A DNA stretch of 64,000 bases from Tautonia rosea (GTDB lineage: Bacteria; Planctomycetota; Planctomycetia; Isosphaerales; Isosphaeraceae): the NCBI RefSeq assembly GCF_012958305.1, contig NZ_JABBYO010000008.1, forward strand, positions 1 through 64,000, given 5' to 3'. The notes under the pieces were generated by a model. The model worked only from the letters and a program-made list of their open reading frames with translations, ran no database searches and was not told the origin of the DNA. The position numbers were made by a program, and so were the translations under genes. Positions 36,354 to 46,220 of this stretch are shown here, piece by piece. Positions within the stretch are counted from its first letter, which is position 1; each line of letters starts with the position of its first letter.

Positions 36354-37543
36354 ATGAGAACCTTCCCCCCCCCGCTCGCGCCCCGGAGCCTCGATCCTCT
36401 GCCCCTCGCGATGCGATCATGACGGTGAATCGTCCCTTGCTCTGCCAGTTCGCGCTAGCCGCCGCCCTGCTCTGCTGGGGGCTGGCACCCGAGGAGTTTC
36501 GTCCCGAGGCAGCCGAATCGCTCTTGCTTGCCGGCAAGAATACCGCCGACCTCGACCGCATGGAGGCCGGTTACTATGAACACCTGCTTGATACGGGACG
36601 ACGGCTCGACGGCGAGACTCTTGTTTCTTCTCCGCCCAAGCCGCCTCCGTTCAAGGTGACGGACCTGGCGCGGCCGGTCGACGATTTTCGAGAGTGTGTC
36701 CTTGAGCCGTCGTTCACGACGATTTTTCAACAGGCGCGATGGACGACCAATGCCCTGGGTCTGCGAGACCGGGAATACGAAGCACAAAAGCCGGAAGGAA
36801 CCTATCGAGCGGTTCTGATCGGTGATTCGATCGGCGTCGGCTGGGGCGTGCATGACGGCGAAGGCTTCGAACCGAGGCTGGAAAAGGCACTCGATACGCA
36901 ATCCTCGACGGTCGGCGGGCCTCGGATTGAGATCCTCAACCTCTGTGTTCCGGGTTATGCGCCGGCCCAACGGCGAGAGCATCTGGAGCGGCTTGGCTGG
37001 TCGCTCGATCCCGATCTGGTCATCGTGCAGGCGACCGCCGCCGACCTGGACTGGGACGAAGGGCGGCTTCGGCGCCTGCTTTCTGCGGGGTATGGCTGGG
37101 AGATTCCTATTTATCAAGATGCCATCAATGCCGCCGGCCTGAAGCCGGGTGCCAGTTCGTCGAGCATCAAGAAGGGGCTGGAGGCGCAGCAACTTCGAAT
37201 CCTGAGCGATGTGTATCGGGCGCTCGGCTCCGATTGCAGTCGCCGAGGGGTTCCGGTTGTCTGGATCTTGCTGCCTCGCGTGGGACGGTCGGTCAGCGCG
37301 ACCGAGCGACAGACCCTGGTTGACCTTGCGAAGGCCTCGGGGTTCGATCCGGTGCTCGATCTCTCCGACGCCTTCGACGGCCTCTCCCCCGCAACTCTGG
37401 CGATTGGCCCGAACGACTACCACCCGAACGCCCAAGGGCATGCGATCCTCGCCCAACGCCTGGAGGACGCGCTGGCCAATCGGCCGGGTGCCCCCTGGAC
37501 CCAACCGAGCCGGCCCGGATCGGCCGGGGGAGCCGCACACTGA
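36350..37543 (+). CDS. SGNH-hydrolase-like protein (DltD/AlgX/AlgJ-like), paralogue 1
   Basis: N-terminal TM/signal anchor, GDS block AVLIGDSIGVGWG, and C-terminal DxxH (NDYHPNAQGHAILAQ). Overlaps the MBOAT stop by 4 bp. Confidence 0.55.
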   Translation: MNENLPPPARAPEPRSSAPRDAIMTVNRPLLCQFALAAALLCWGLAPEEFRPEAAESLLLAGKNTADLDRMEAGYYEHLLDTGRRLDGETLVSSPPKPPPFKVTDLARPVDDFRECVLEPSFTTIFQQARWTTNALGLRDREYEAQKPEGTYRAVLIGDSIGVGWGVHDGEGFEPRLEKALDTQSSTVGGPRIEILNLCVPGYAPAQRREHLERLGWSLDPDLVIVQATAADLDWDEGRLRRLLSAGYGWEIPIYQDAINAAGLKPGASSSSIKKGLEAQQLRILSDVYRALGSDCSRRGVPVVWILLPRVGRSVSATERQTLVDLAKASGFDPVLDLSDAFDGLSPATLAIGPNDYHPNAQGHAILAQRLEDALANRPGAPWTQPSRPGSAGGAAH

Positions 37544-38784
37544 TGACCCGAAACCTCACCGTACGAGCCCCCTTGCTGTCGGCCCTCCTGCTTTCGGCCG
37601 CGCTGCTCGCTGTCGGCCTGATTGACTGGCCGGCGGGTCGAGCACGATCGGCCATGCAGTCGCTGCGATCGACCGAGGGCAACAACGCTGACCGCGACGC
37701 CAACGCCGGCGGGTACTATGAGGGACTCATCAACCGCGGTGATCCCGAGGACCGGGCCTCGGATGAAGTTGCCTTGCGATTGCTGGGGAAGCCCGGCCGC
37801 TGGGTGAGCTTCCACGATATGGGGGCCACGCACTACATTCCCGATTCGTTCATTCAGTTCCAGCTTTATCCGAACATTCGCAAGCCGGTGTTCGATCATG
37901 AGTTCACCACAAACGAGCACGGCCTGCGCGATCTGGAAGGCTATCAGGTCGCCAAGCCTCCAGGAACGTTCCGGATCGTCTTGCTCGGCTCGTCGATCGA
38001 CATGGGCTGGGGTGTCGACGTTTCAGAAACGTACGAGAACTGGCTCGAAGAATGGCTCAATGCCCGGGCGGTGAAGATCGGGCTCGATCGCAAGTTCGAG
38101 GTGCTCAACTTCGCCATGGCCGCTCACGGACCAGCGCAACGCCTGGAACGGTTCCGCACCTTCGCGAGCACTTTTGATCCTGATCTTGTGCTCTACTCGG
38201 GAACGATGCTCGACCCGAGGCTCTCGGAGATCCACCTTTGCGACCTCCTGCGCTATCGAGCCGACCCGACGTACGACTTTGTGCGGGCGGTGCTTGAGGT
38301 CGCTGCCCTGACCGACGACGATCTTGCGCTGACCTCCGAGGGCCAGCTCAAGCGCCGAGGCCGCCTGAAGGCGAAACTGGCGCCGCACCTCTGGACGGTC
38401 GGCGACGGCGCGGTCGGCATGCTGGCCGCCGAATGTCGATCCCGGCGCCTGCCCTTGGTGTATCTGATCATTCCTCGGGCCGGCCTGTCGGATCTTCCCG
38501 GCAACCGGGACGAAGGAGTTTATCGGCATCAGGAAATGGCTCGTCGCCACGGCATTCGTTTAATTGACCTGACCGGAGCGTTCGACGACGAGGATCCCTC
38601 GTCGCTCGCGCTCGCCCCCTGGGACGACCACCCGAACGCCGAAGGCCATCGGTTGATCTTTCTCGAACTGGCCCGAGCCCTCGTGGCGGATCCCGAGCTT
38701 TCGATGCTCTTGCTCAATGCCGAAGGCGGTGGGCGTCTGTTGACGGCTCACCCGCTCGATGAGTTCGATGACTCGCATCCGTAA
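37543..38784 (+). CDS. SGNH-hydrolase-like protein (DltD/AlgX/AlgJ-like), paralogue 2
   Basis: Same architecture as the upstream gene: signal anchor, IVLLGSSIDMGWGV, WDDHPNAEGHRLIF. Collinear similarity to paralogue 1 (YYEHLL/YYEGLI, LGLRDRE/HGLRDLE, PDLV). Confidence 0.55.
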   Translation: MTRNLTVRAPLLSALLLSAALLAVGLIDWPAGRARSAMQSLRSTEGNNADRDANAGGYYEGLINRGDPEDRASDEVALRLLGKPGRWVSFHDMGATHYIPDSFIQFQLYPNIRKPVFDHEFTTNEHGLRDLEGYQVAKPPGTFRIVLLGSSIDMGWGVDVSETYENWLEEWLNARAVKIGLDRKFEVLNFAMAAHGPAQRLERFRTFASTFDPDLVLYSGTMLDPRLSEIHLCDLLRYRADPTYDFVRAVLEVAALTDDDLALTSEGQLKRRGRLKAKLAPHLWTVGDGAVGMLAAECRSRRLPLVYLIIPRAGLSDLPGNRDEGVYRHQEMARRHGIRLIDLTGAFDDEDPSSLALAPWDDHPNAEGHRLIFLELARALVADPELSMLLLNAEGGGRLLTAHPLDEFDDSHP

Positions 38785-38907
38785 TCGTTACCAATCGACC
38801 GAAGCGGCCGGGGTGGCCTGCGTCTCGCTCGCACCGGCTTGACCGCCTTTCGATCACATCTGCGGCTCGTGACCCTTCCTGTGATGACCGTCAAAGGACT
38901 GACGACC

Positions 38908-40626
38908 ATGCAACCTCACCGAATCGCTCCACCACGGACCACCAGCGAACGTTCGACCTCGGCTCCGACCGGTTCTTCGATTCGCTTCCATCCCGATCGC
39001 CGGATCGATACGGGACATTCCGCGCACCGGCCGGCGCTGGCTCCTCGGGAGACGATCCACCTGGCCCAGTTGCTCGATCGCGCCGCCAGCCGATGGCCTG
39101 ATCGGGTCGCGGTCGAGACCGAAGACGGTCAGACGATGACCTATGCCCAGCTCGACCACGCCGCCGATCGGCTCGATGCCCGCCTGGCGCGTTATGGTGT
39201 GGGCCGAGGGGACCGTGTGGGGGTGATGCTGCCGAAGTCTCGGGAAGCTGTCGCGGCCATTCACGGCATCCTTCGTGCGGGGGCTGCCTATGTACCGGTC
39301 GATGCCACCGCTCCGGTCGCCCGGGGAGCCGGGATTCTGGCCGACGCCTTCGTCAAGACGATCGTGATCCATGCGTCTCTGGTCGCCTCCCTGCGCAACG
39401 CCTGGCCCGGCCCTGGCCCGCTGCCCAAGTTGATCGTTGTGGGAGAGACCGGCGACGACGATTGCGCGACCTGGGACGAGGTGATGGCCGACGAGGCTCC
39501 CACGCCCGATCCGTCCCCTCGGTTCGATGGCGATGTGGCATACATTCTGTATACCTCGGGATCGACCGGCACGCCCAAAGGGGTGACCCTGACGCATCAG
39601 AATGCGTTGTCGTTTCTCGACTGGTGCGTCTCGACGTTCGGCCCCGAGCCGGGTCGACGCTTTGCCTCGCATGCGCCGTTTCATTTCGATTTGTCGGTCT
39701 TTGATCTCTACGCCTCGTGCCGGGCAGGGGGAACGCTTGTTCTTGTGAGCGAGGCGATGGGGAAAGACCCGGCTCGGCTGGGCGATTTCCTGGCCGAAGG
39801 TCGGATTGACGTCTGGTATTCTGCGCCGTCGATTCTCGGCCTGCTGGCCGAGTTCGGCCGCCTCGATCGCCCGGAATTTCACGCGCCGTCGCTCGTGCTG
39901 TTTGCGGGAGAGGTGTTCCCGATCACGCAGCTCAAGCGGCTTCGGAAGCTCTGGCCATCGGCCACGCTCTGGAACCTTTACGGGCCGACGGAGACGAACG
40001 TTTGCACGGCGTACCGGATTCCCGCCTCGATCAACGACGACCGGACCGAGGCCTTCCCAATCGGCCCGGTCTGCCCCCCGCTTGAGGCGCGAGTGGTGGA
40101 TGAGCAAGGCGACGACGTTCCCGAAGGAGACGAGGGGGAGCTTCTCATTTCCGGGCCGGGCGTGATGCGTGGTTACTTCGGGCGCGATGATCTGACGGAA
40201 TCAGCCTTCATGGAAGGCCCCGACGGCACCCTCTGGTATCGGACCGGAGACCTTGTCGCAGACCAGGGCGGCGGTTGCTTTGCCTATCACGGGCGTCGCG
40301 ACCGGATGGTGAAGAAGCGAGGCTACCGGATTGAGCTGGGAGAAATCGAGGCGGCGCTCGATCGCCTCGACGGCATCTCCCGAGCCGCGGTGGTTGCCGT
40401 ACCGGGCGACGCCGGTCTGACGATCACGGCGTTCGTTGCCATGAAACCGGGGCAGAAAGGCTCAATCATCGCGGTCAAGCGGCATTGCACCGCGCACTTG
40501 CCTGCCTACATGATTCCTGATGCCATCCGGTTTCTGCCCGCTCTGCCGTCAACCTCGACGGACAAGATCGACTATCCCCGGCTGATGGCGATCGCCTCAG
40601 GCGAGGCCTCGTCCGAGGCGGCCTGA
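38908..40626 (+). CDS. stand-alone adenylation (AMP-binding) enzyme, DltA/AlmE-like, no carrier domain
   Basis: Adenylation core motifs: A3 YILYTSGSTGTPKGV, A5 NLYGPTETNV, A7 YRTGDL, A8 GRRDRMVKKRGYRIELGEIE, A10 PALPSTSTDKIDYPRL. The ORF ends after A10 with no LGGDSL/PCP motif. Confidence 0.75.
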   Translation: MQPHRIAPPRTTSERSTSAPTGSSIRFHPDRRIDTGHSAHRPALAPRETIHLAQLLDRAASRWPDRVAVETEDGQTMTYAQLDHAADRLDARLARYGVGRGDRVGVMLPKSREAVAAIHGILRAGAAYVPVDATAPVARGAGILADAFVKTIVIHASLVASLRNAWPGPGPLPKLIVVGETGDDDCATWDEVMADEAPTPDPSPRFDGDVAYILYTSGSTGTPKGVTLTHQNALSFLDWCVSTFGPEPGRRFASHAPFHFDLSVFDLYASCRAGGTLVLVSEAMGKDPARLGDFLAEGRIDVWYSAPSILGLLAEFGRLDRPEFHAPSLVLFAGEVFPITQLKRLRKLWPSATLWNLYGPTETNVCTAYRIPASINDDRTEAFPIGPVCPPLEARVVDEQGDDVPEGDEGELLISGPGVMRGYFGRDDLTESAFMEGPDGTLWYRTGDLVADQGGGCFAYHGRRDRMVKKRGYRIELGEIEAALDRLDGISRAAVVAVPGDAGLTITAFVAMKPGQKGSIIAVKRHCTAHLPAYMIPDAIRFLPALPSTSTDKIDYPRLMAIASGEASSEAA

Positions 40627-40665
40627 CGGCGGGGGCGTCTTCCCTGGACTCCGGAACGTTCCGAG

Positions 40666-41712
40666 GTGCTCGTGCGGCTGATTCCCGGTCACCTGACGAG
40701 CTGGAAGCCCTGGTATTACCGGGCCTTGATCCCGGCACTGCGGCGGCTTGGCCCCGAGCAGTCGGATGCCGTCCTGGAATCCCTCGGCCGTCTCGTGGCT
40801 CGCTCGCCGTACCGAGCCCGGCGGATCGCCGCTCGACTGGCCGACGCTCGCGAAGGGCTTCAGGCCGACTGGGATCTCGACGCGGCCCGACGGGCGCTTG
40901 CCGGTAATCTCGCGCGGTTCTCGGCGCGTGATTGCCTTCTCTCCGGGCTGTCGGACGAGGCCGCCCTGAGCCGGTTCGACGTGACTGGAGCCGAGCACCT
41001 TGATACGGCGATCGGATCGGGATCGGGCCTGATCCTGCTCGGGTCGCACTTCGGCGCCTACCTGGCGGCAATGCACTGGCTCGTCCGTCGTCGGGTCCCC
41101 TTGCGGATGATGCTGCAACGTCCCCACCATGTCTCCGATGAGCTGTCACGCTGGTTCGACCTGGCTGGAACGCTCGACGACCCGAACGGCCTGCCCCGCC
41201 ACCCGCAATCGGCCTTGTTTCTGAGACGAGCCATGCCGTCGGGAGACGGGGTGTTGCGTGTGCTTCGAGCGCGATCGGCCCTGGTCGAGGGCCTGGCGGT
41301 CTTGATCAACGGTGATGTCGCCTGGGACTCCCGCTGTGCTCGACCGGGTCGATTGCTCGGGCGTCGGGTCCAGATTCAGTCGGCCTGGGCCGATCTGGCC
41401 GTGGTGACGGAGGTGCCCGTCGTACCGATCTTTTGCTCGCACCGGCCCGCGGGGCGATTCGCGATGACGATTGATCCCCCCTGGTGGATCGCTCCGGGGA
41501 GTCAGCAAGACGCGGTAGACCACTACCTTGCGCGACTCGACGCCATGATTGCGAACGAACCGGCCGAGGCCATCTCGCATCTCCTCTGGCCGACCGATGA
41601 TCGTCCGAGCATCCCCGGCCCTGCTGCCCCTCGGCTGCGATCGACCGCCCCGGGCATCCCCTCCCGAACAATCGAGCAGACGACATCCGTGCGCAGGCTC
41701 CCTGGAGCCTGA
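40666..41712 (+). CDS. LpxL/HtrB-family (lipid A biosynthesis-type) acyltransferase, AlmG-like
   Basis: GSGLILLGSHFGAYLAAMHW matches the lauroyl/myristoyl acyltransferase family block (G.ILL..H.GN.E.). Size 348 aa. Confidence 0.55.
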   Translation: MLVRLIPGHLTSWKPWYYRALIPALRRLGPEQSDAVLESLGRLVARSPYRARRIAARLADAREGLQADWDLDAARRALAGNLARFSARDCLLSGLSDEAALSRFDVTGAEHLDTAIGSGSGLILLGSHFGAYLAAMHWLVRRRVPLRMMLQRPHHVSDELSRWFDLAGTLDDPNGLPRHPQSALFLRRAMPSGDGVLRVLRARSALVEGLAVLINGDVAWDSRCARPGRLLGRRVQIQSAWADLAVVTEVPVVPIFCSHRPAGRFAMTIDPPWWIAPGSQQDAVDHYLARLDAMIANEPAEAISHLLWPTDDRPSIPGPAAPRLRSTAPGIPSRTIEQTTSVRRLPGA

Positions 41713-41764
41713 ACATGCCCGTGACGGAGGGAACGCACGAGCCGACCCTTGCCGGCGGATCGAC

Positions 41765-43510
41765 TCAGTGGGGCCTGGTTTTCGAGGCGAGCCGGGTGCG
41801 GTCGGGCCGCAGTTCGAGGGCAAGCATCCGATCGGGCTCCCCTTTTCTCGGATGGATCGACGTGGCGCGATCGAGCAGGCGCACCCGTCCCAGATGCTCC
41901 AGATCGTCGAGAATCCACTGCGGACCCACGACGTAAACCCGTTCCTCGTCCGAATCGAACTCGATGACGAGCCGATCCGCAAACGACGCCACATCATCGT
42001 GTCGCCGAACCGGAATGGGCAGATAATAGGTGATCTGGGGATCAGGAATCCCGACGACCGAGAGATCGGCGTCGGGAGGCAACTCGGCCGAGAACCGCGT
42101 GGCCAGCTCCGATTGCCCGCGATAATCGTCGACCTCGGGCATCGCGAGCGATTGCACCAGGACAAAGGCTCCCCAGACCACCGCGAACGTGCCGGCAACG
42201 GCCGCTCGGGGCTGACCCGCGTGCCAAAGTCGATCGGTGATCGTCAGCCCCAGGCCGACCAGCGTCGCAATACTCGCCCCGGCCAGGGGCAATCCCGACC
42301 TACCGCTCGCGGCAAGGCCAAGCACACCCACGATCCCGAGAAGGCCAAGCAACGGCATGGTCAGTCGGGAGATGCGGGCGATCGGCCAATGTCGGAGACG
42401 ATCGGGGATCGCTCCGGTCATGATGCGAATCAGGCCAAGCGCCGCCCAGATCGACAGCGGAGGCAAGGCCGGAATGATGTAGTGCTTGTGCTTCCAGGCC
42501 GAGAGGGAAAGCACGAGCATCATGCCGAAGGTCCAGCAGAGCAGGAACCGCCCTCGAGGATCGCTCGTCTTCTGCGCTCGAACGGACTTCGCGTGGGTCA
42601 AGGCTCCGAAGATCGCCAAAGGGGTCCAGGGCAAGGCGAGCCAGGCCGAGGTGTAGCCATAGAACATCGGGTCCTTGCCACCGCCGCCCAGATCGCCGCT
42701 GAAGCGTTCCACATTGTGCCGCCACCAGACATCGAGCAGGCCCGGTTCGCGAAGCATCGCCGCCGCCGGCCAGGCAACGACCAGGGCCAGCATGACCATC
42801 CAGCCGATGGGGTCGAGGAGCAATCGCCAGGCAAGCCACTTGCGTTCCGCGATCGCAAACAGGCCGCTGCCCACGGCGACCAGGACCAGGCCGACCGGCC
42901 CCTTGACCAAAAACGCCAGGCCCGCCGCCCCGAAATAGGCCAGACGCCAGCCGATCGGAGGCCGGTCGCCGTTGCGATCGAGCACGCCGGCCGCGAAGGC
43001 CGCCATTGCCATCGTCACGATGGCGCAGAGCATCATGTCTGCTTCCGCCAGCCGCCCCTGCATGAACACATAGACTGAGCTGGACTGAATCAGACCCGCC
43101 AAGAGGCCGACGCGGTCGCCATACCAGCGAGCCGCCAGCCAGGCGATGACCAGACTGGTCAGGACGGCCGAGACCATTGCCGGAAGCCGAGCAGCCCATT
43201 CGGCCTCGGTGTCGAAGACGAGCAGCGAGGCGGCGATCGACCAGTGCATCAAGGGGGGCTTGTCCCAGATTGGCATCCCCATGATCCGGGGAACCAGCCA
43301 GTCGCCCGATTGCAGGAATTCCCGCGCGGGTCCGGCAAAGTTCACCTCATGGAAGGTCAACGCCCAGGGCTGACCGAAATTGACCAGCAATAACGTCAGA
43401 CCATAGAACGCGACGACCAGCGCGGAACGGACGGAAAGGGGGTCGGTCGACGTCGAACCGACCGAGGGTAAGGTCTTCGAATTAGCAATGACCGCAGAGG
43501 GTTCCATCAT
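41765..43510 (-). CDS. GT39 family glycosyltransferase (ArnT / PMT_2-like), second copy
   Basis: FAGPAREFLQSGDWLVPRIMGMPIWDKPPLMHW plus about 12 TM helices. Confidence 0.7.
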   Translation of the reverse strand: MMEPSAVIANSKTLPSVGSTSTDPLSVRSALVVAFYGLTLLLVNFGQPWALTFHEVNFAGPAREFLQSGDWLVPRIMGMPIWDKPPLMHWSIAASLLVFDTEAEWAARLPAMVSAVLTSLVIAWLAARWYGDRVGLLAGLIQSSSVYVFMQGRLAEADMMLCAIVTMAMAAFAAGVLDRNGDRPPIGWRLAYFGAAGLAFLVKGPVGLVLVAVGSGLFAIAERKWLAWRLLLDPIGWMVMLALVVAWPAAAMLREPGLLDVWWRHNVERFSGDLGGGGKDPMFYGYTSAWLALPWTPLAIFGALTHAKSVRAQKTSDPRGRFLLCWTFGMMLVLSLSAWKHKHYIIPALPPLSIWAALGLIRIMTGAIPDRLRHWPIARISRLTMPLLGLLGIVGVLGLAASGRSGLPLAGASIATLVGLGLTITDRLWHAGQPRAAVAGTFAVVWGAFVLVQSLAMPEVDDYRGQSELATRFSAELPPDADLSVVGIPDPQITYYLPIPVRRHDDVASFADRLVIEFDSDEERVYVVGPQWILDDLEHLGRVRLLDRATSIHPRKGEPDRMLALELRPDRTRLASKTRPH

Positions 43511-43688
43511 GCGGCCAACCATGCCTCTCACCCATCCCTGTTCCGAAACTCAATCGGTTCCTCCGATCGGGCAATCTGCTCGAACACGGGGGAATCCGCC
43601 ACCTGAAGCACTCTCGATCATGACCGCAACCTTTTCCATCGACAAGGGTGCGACAGCACTTGAGGCGATTGGAGGCGGTTCGCTCGCC

Positions 43689-44978
43689 TCAAGACGGATC
43701 CATCTCGTCGTTGGTGCTGCCAATCCCCAGGCATCGGGGAAGCCAGGCGCGGGTCGATCGGCTCGCGGCGATCAGGAAGGGAACCTTGGGTAAGGCGGCC
43801 ACCATGCGGAGGTCGTCGGTCAGCGTGCTCCGGTCGCTTAAAAAACGGACCAAGGGGTCGGCGTCCACCCCGTCGAACATCCGAGCGAACAAATCGGGAG
43901 CGCGGGAGGGTCGATCAAGGAGCGCCCGAAGGAACACGGCGTCAAAGAAATCATATTTCCGATCGGCGATTGGTGCATCGAGCCGTGCGCGGGTCGATCT
44001 GTTGCCCGCGATCTGTTCCGCGATCCGCCGACACTGCCGCTGGATCCGGACGAAGGCATACCCGCTGGATGGCCTCGCCGCTCCTCCAGCCAGGCCAATC
44101 GGCACGATCCGGGCTCCTGGCGCGGTGTTCGGCCGATGGGTTGTCATGGGAATGCGTCCGGCTTCTTCTTCGATCACCTCGTACCGCTCGACGTCGAAGC
44201 AGCGATCGAGGTAGGAGGCAATCTCCTCTCGGTGTCGACTCGCCGAAACCGGATCGGGAAAGAGGTACGTGTTCTCGACCAGCGCTTCGCGATCGGACAG
44301 TGGAAGGACATAGACGAAATGAGGCCCATCCGACTGATCGACACGGAAGTCCATAAGGATTGGACAGGCGGGATCAAACACCGAGTGCTCGGTCCGAACC
44401 GTCTGGCCGAGGAAGTGCTGGACCATGGCGGCCTCTCCCGAACGCGCGGCTTCGGCCAGGGCTGCCGGTCGCCGAGCACTGGTATAGGCCCGGACACCGC
44501 GAATCGTCTCCTGAGCCAGATCGACCGCAACGGTCTCGGCTTCGAGGGTCGTCGCTCGGATCGACGCGCCGAGGTACGGGTCGATCGCGTCGTCCCCGGC
44601 CAGGCGATCGAGAATGCGGCGGTAGACGTCGATCGACCGCAAGCGTCGGTATCGGTAGCGCGTCGACTGCGATTCGATCCAGTTCCCCCGCTCATCCACG
44701 ACGGCCCATCGAGTCCAGGCGTGGGTGGCGAGGTCGTCAAAGGGGGTCGGCTCCACATCCCAGTAGCACCAGGTACGGTCGTTCGCGTACCCCGGCCGCC
44801 GATCGACCAGCGCCATCGACCCGCGATCGCCGAGCGACCGCAAGTGCCAGGCCAGGCTCAGCCCGGCACATCCGGCTCCGAGGATCACATGATCGTAGGT
44901 CGTCGTCGACGGCCGCGGCGTTCGGTGCCGGGGCACGAGGATCGAGTCGCGGGAATCACTGATCGCGGTTTGGGGCAT
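43689..44978 (-). CDS. crtY: lycopene cyclase family protein (CrtY/CrtL-type, FAD-dependent)
   Basis: Rossmann motif YDHVILGAGCAGLSLAWHL at the N-terminus. Lycopene-cyclase family blocks (RTWCYWD, FVYVLPLS, ENTYLF). Start set at the ATG at 44978. Confidence 0.65.
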   Translation of the reverse strand: MPQTAISDSRDSILVPRHRTPRPSTTTYDHVILGAGCAGLSLAWHLRSLGDRGSMALVDRRPGYANDRTWCYWDVEPTPFDDLATHAWTRWAVVDERGNWIESQSTRYRYRRLRSIDVYRRILDRLAGDDAIDPYLGASIRATTLEAETVAVDLAQETIRGVRAYTSARRPAALAEAARSGEAAMVQHFLGQTVRTEHSVFDPACPILMDFRVDQSDGPHFVYVLPLSDREALVENTYLFPDPVSASRHREEIASYLDRCFDVERYEVIEEEAGRIPMTTHRPNTAPGARIVPIGLAGGAARPSSGYAFVRIQRQCRRIAEQIAGNRSTRARLDAPIADRKYDFFDAVFLRALLDRPSRAPDLFARMFDGVDADPLVRFLSDRSTLTDDLRMVAALPKVPFLIAASRSTRAWLPRCLGIGSTNDEMDPS

Positions 44979-44992
44979 CCTGGGTGGACTGA

Positions 44993-46063
44993 TCACGACC
45001 GCACCTCCCCTGCCCTCGGCCGATCCCAGACCGCCTGCATGCGGTCCATCCCCAGCACGACGATGACGTGAGGCAGTGTCAATGCGCTGACCATCGCCAA
45101 CGCTGCCAGGCCGAAATCGGCCACGTCTCCGGTTCTGGCTCGCACGAACCACCAAAGGCCCCCCATCATGGCCAGGGCGATCAACGTGGTCGGCAGGGTG
45201 GAACGATGGAACCGGGCCAGTGCGGTGAGCCATTGGCCGGCACGGGCCGCCGATCGGGTGGGCTCGGCCACCGGCAGCAAACGCACGACATGCCGAACCG
45301 AATGCCAGGCATTGAAATAAACTCCCATCGCCAGAACCGGCGGCACGACCGAAAACAGGACGACCAGCAACGCCGAACCCGCCGCCTCGCTCAGCGCAAC
45401 GGCTCGGCGATCGGGACGTCGCCAGGCTTCCACGGCGAGCGTTGCCAGATGAAAAGCAACGAGAAGTCCCACCGCGACCAGACCGGCTTTCCGAATCGAT
45501 TCCGGAATGGCCCAGCGGGCCGAATCGCCAAAGAGACGGCCGGTGAGGGCATTGGCCGCCTCGGCGAACATGGCGTCGAAGACCAGCACCGGAAGGGCGA
45601 TGGGCACCACCCCCCGAACCAGAAGCAGCAGCACCGACCGCCAGGCCGGCCATTCGCCGGTGTGGTCAGGCGAATCATCTCCCTCGACTTGCAGCCCGAA
45701 CCGGTCGACTCGGCTCCAGTAGAGATCGCCCTGGCCAAAGTGGAATGCTGCCACGACCAGAAACCCAATCAGAGCCGCCATGGGCGCGATCCACCAAAGC
45801 ATCAAGACAACCGCGATTGCCCCCAAATACCCCGCAAGAAACCCCAGGCCGCCCGGCGACCGATCGCTCTCGGTAGGAATCCGATGATCGAGCGCTCCGT
45901 GGGGAATCCCGAACACGAGGAGCCCCACCCCCCAGGGTGCCCACTGCACCGCCGGCCACTCGGCAACCTCAGGGGCAAGTGCGACCAGCCCCAGCGCAGC
46001 GGTACAGGCCAGAATCCCTGGAACCGATGCCATCAGGCTCATCGACGCAGATAGATATGACAT
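44993..46063 (-). CDS. blh: Brp/Blh family beta-carotene 15,15'-dioxygenase (retinal synthesis)
   Basis: Polytopic membrane protein with conserved His clusters FGIPHGALDH and AAFHFGQGDL, typical of Blh/Brp. Adjacent and divergent to a rhodopsin gene. Start set at MSYLSASM (46063), because the annotated upstream start lies inside a tandem repeat. Confidence 0.65.
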   Translation of the reverse strand: MSYLSASMSLMASVPGILACTAALGLVALAPEVAEWPAVQWAPWGVGLLVFGIPHGALDHRIPTESDRSPGGLGFLAGYLGAIAVVLMLWWIAPMAALIGFLVVAAFHFGQGDLYWSRVDRFGLQVEGDDSPDHTGEWPAWRSVLLLLVRGVVPIALPVLVFDAMFAEAANALTGRLFGDSARWAIPESIRKAGLVAVGLLVAFHLATLAVEAWRRPDRRAVALSEAAGSALLVVLFSVVPPVLAMGVYFNAWHSVRHVVRLLPVAEPTRSAARAGQWLTALARFHRSTLPTTLIALAMMGGLWWFVRARTGDVADFGLAALAMVSALTLPHVIVVLGMDRMQAVWDRPRAGEVRS

Positions 46064-46187
46064 GTGACCCTCAACTCGGGTCGGGGAACCCCATAAAGAA
46101 TCCGGTCGTTCAATGGAAGTGGCTGCATCCCCGGCGATGTTGTAGACATGACTCCGTCGTCGTCGAGCCTTGAGTCGAAGCGAACGC

Positions 46188-46220
46188 AGAAACATGTCCC
46201 CTTGAGAAACATGTCCCCTT
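46188..46220. promoter_or_regulatory. exact tandem direct repeat 2 x AGAAACATGTCCCCTT (1-bp spacer) in the blh/rhodopsin divergent promoter region
   Basis: agaaacatgtcccctt g agaaacatgtcccctt. Each copy contains the palindrome ACATGT. Confidence 0.6.

Noticed and set aside
41549-43078. 509-aa plus-strand ORF and several 250-350 aa minus-strand ORFs at 41146-42198
   Set aside because: They overlap the LpxL-like gene and the second GT39 gene in other frames, with Arg/Gly/Pro-rich translations. Among the shadow ORFs discarded are 2566-3417(-), 13134-13949(+), 15391-16611(+), 16647-17777(-), 26184-27083(+), 29256-30257(+), 31138-32127(+), 32913-34436(+), 34794-35810(-), 36455-37540(-), 44136-46054(+), 46380-47297(-), 47550-48767(-), 48856-49656(-), 49789-50595(-), 50782-52951(-), 52702-53502(-), 54118-55392(+), 60959-62530(+) and 62590-63714(+).
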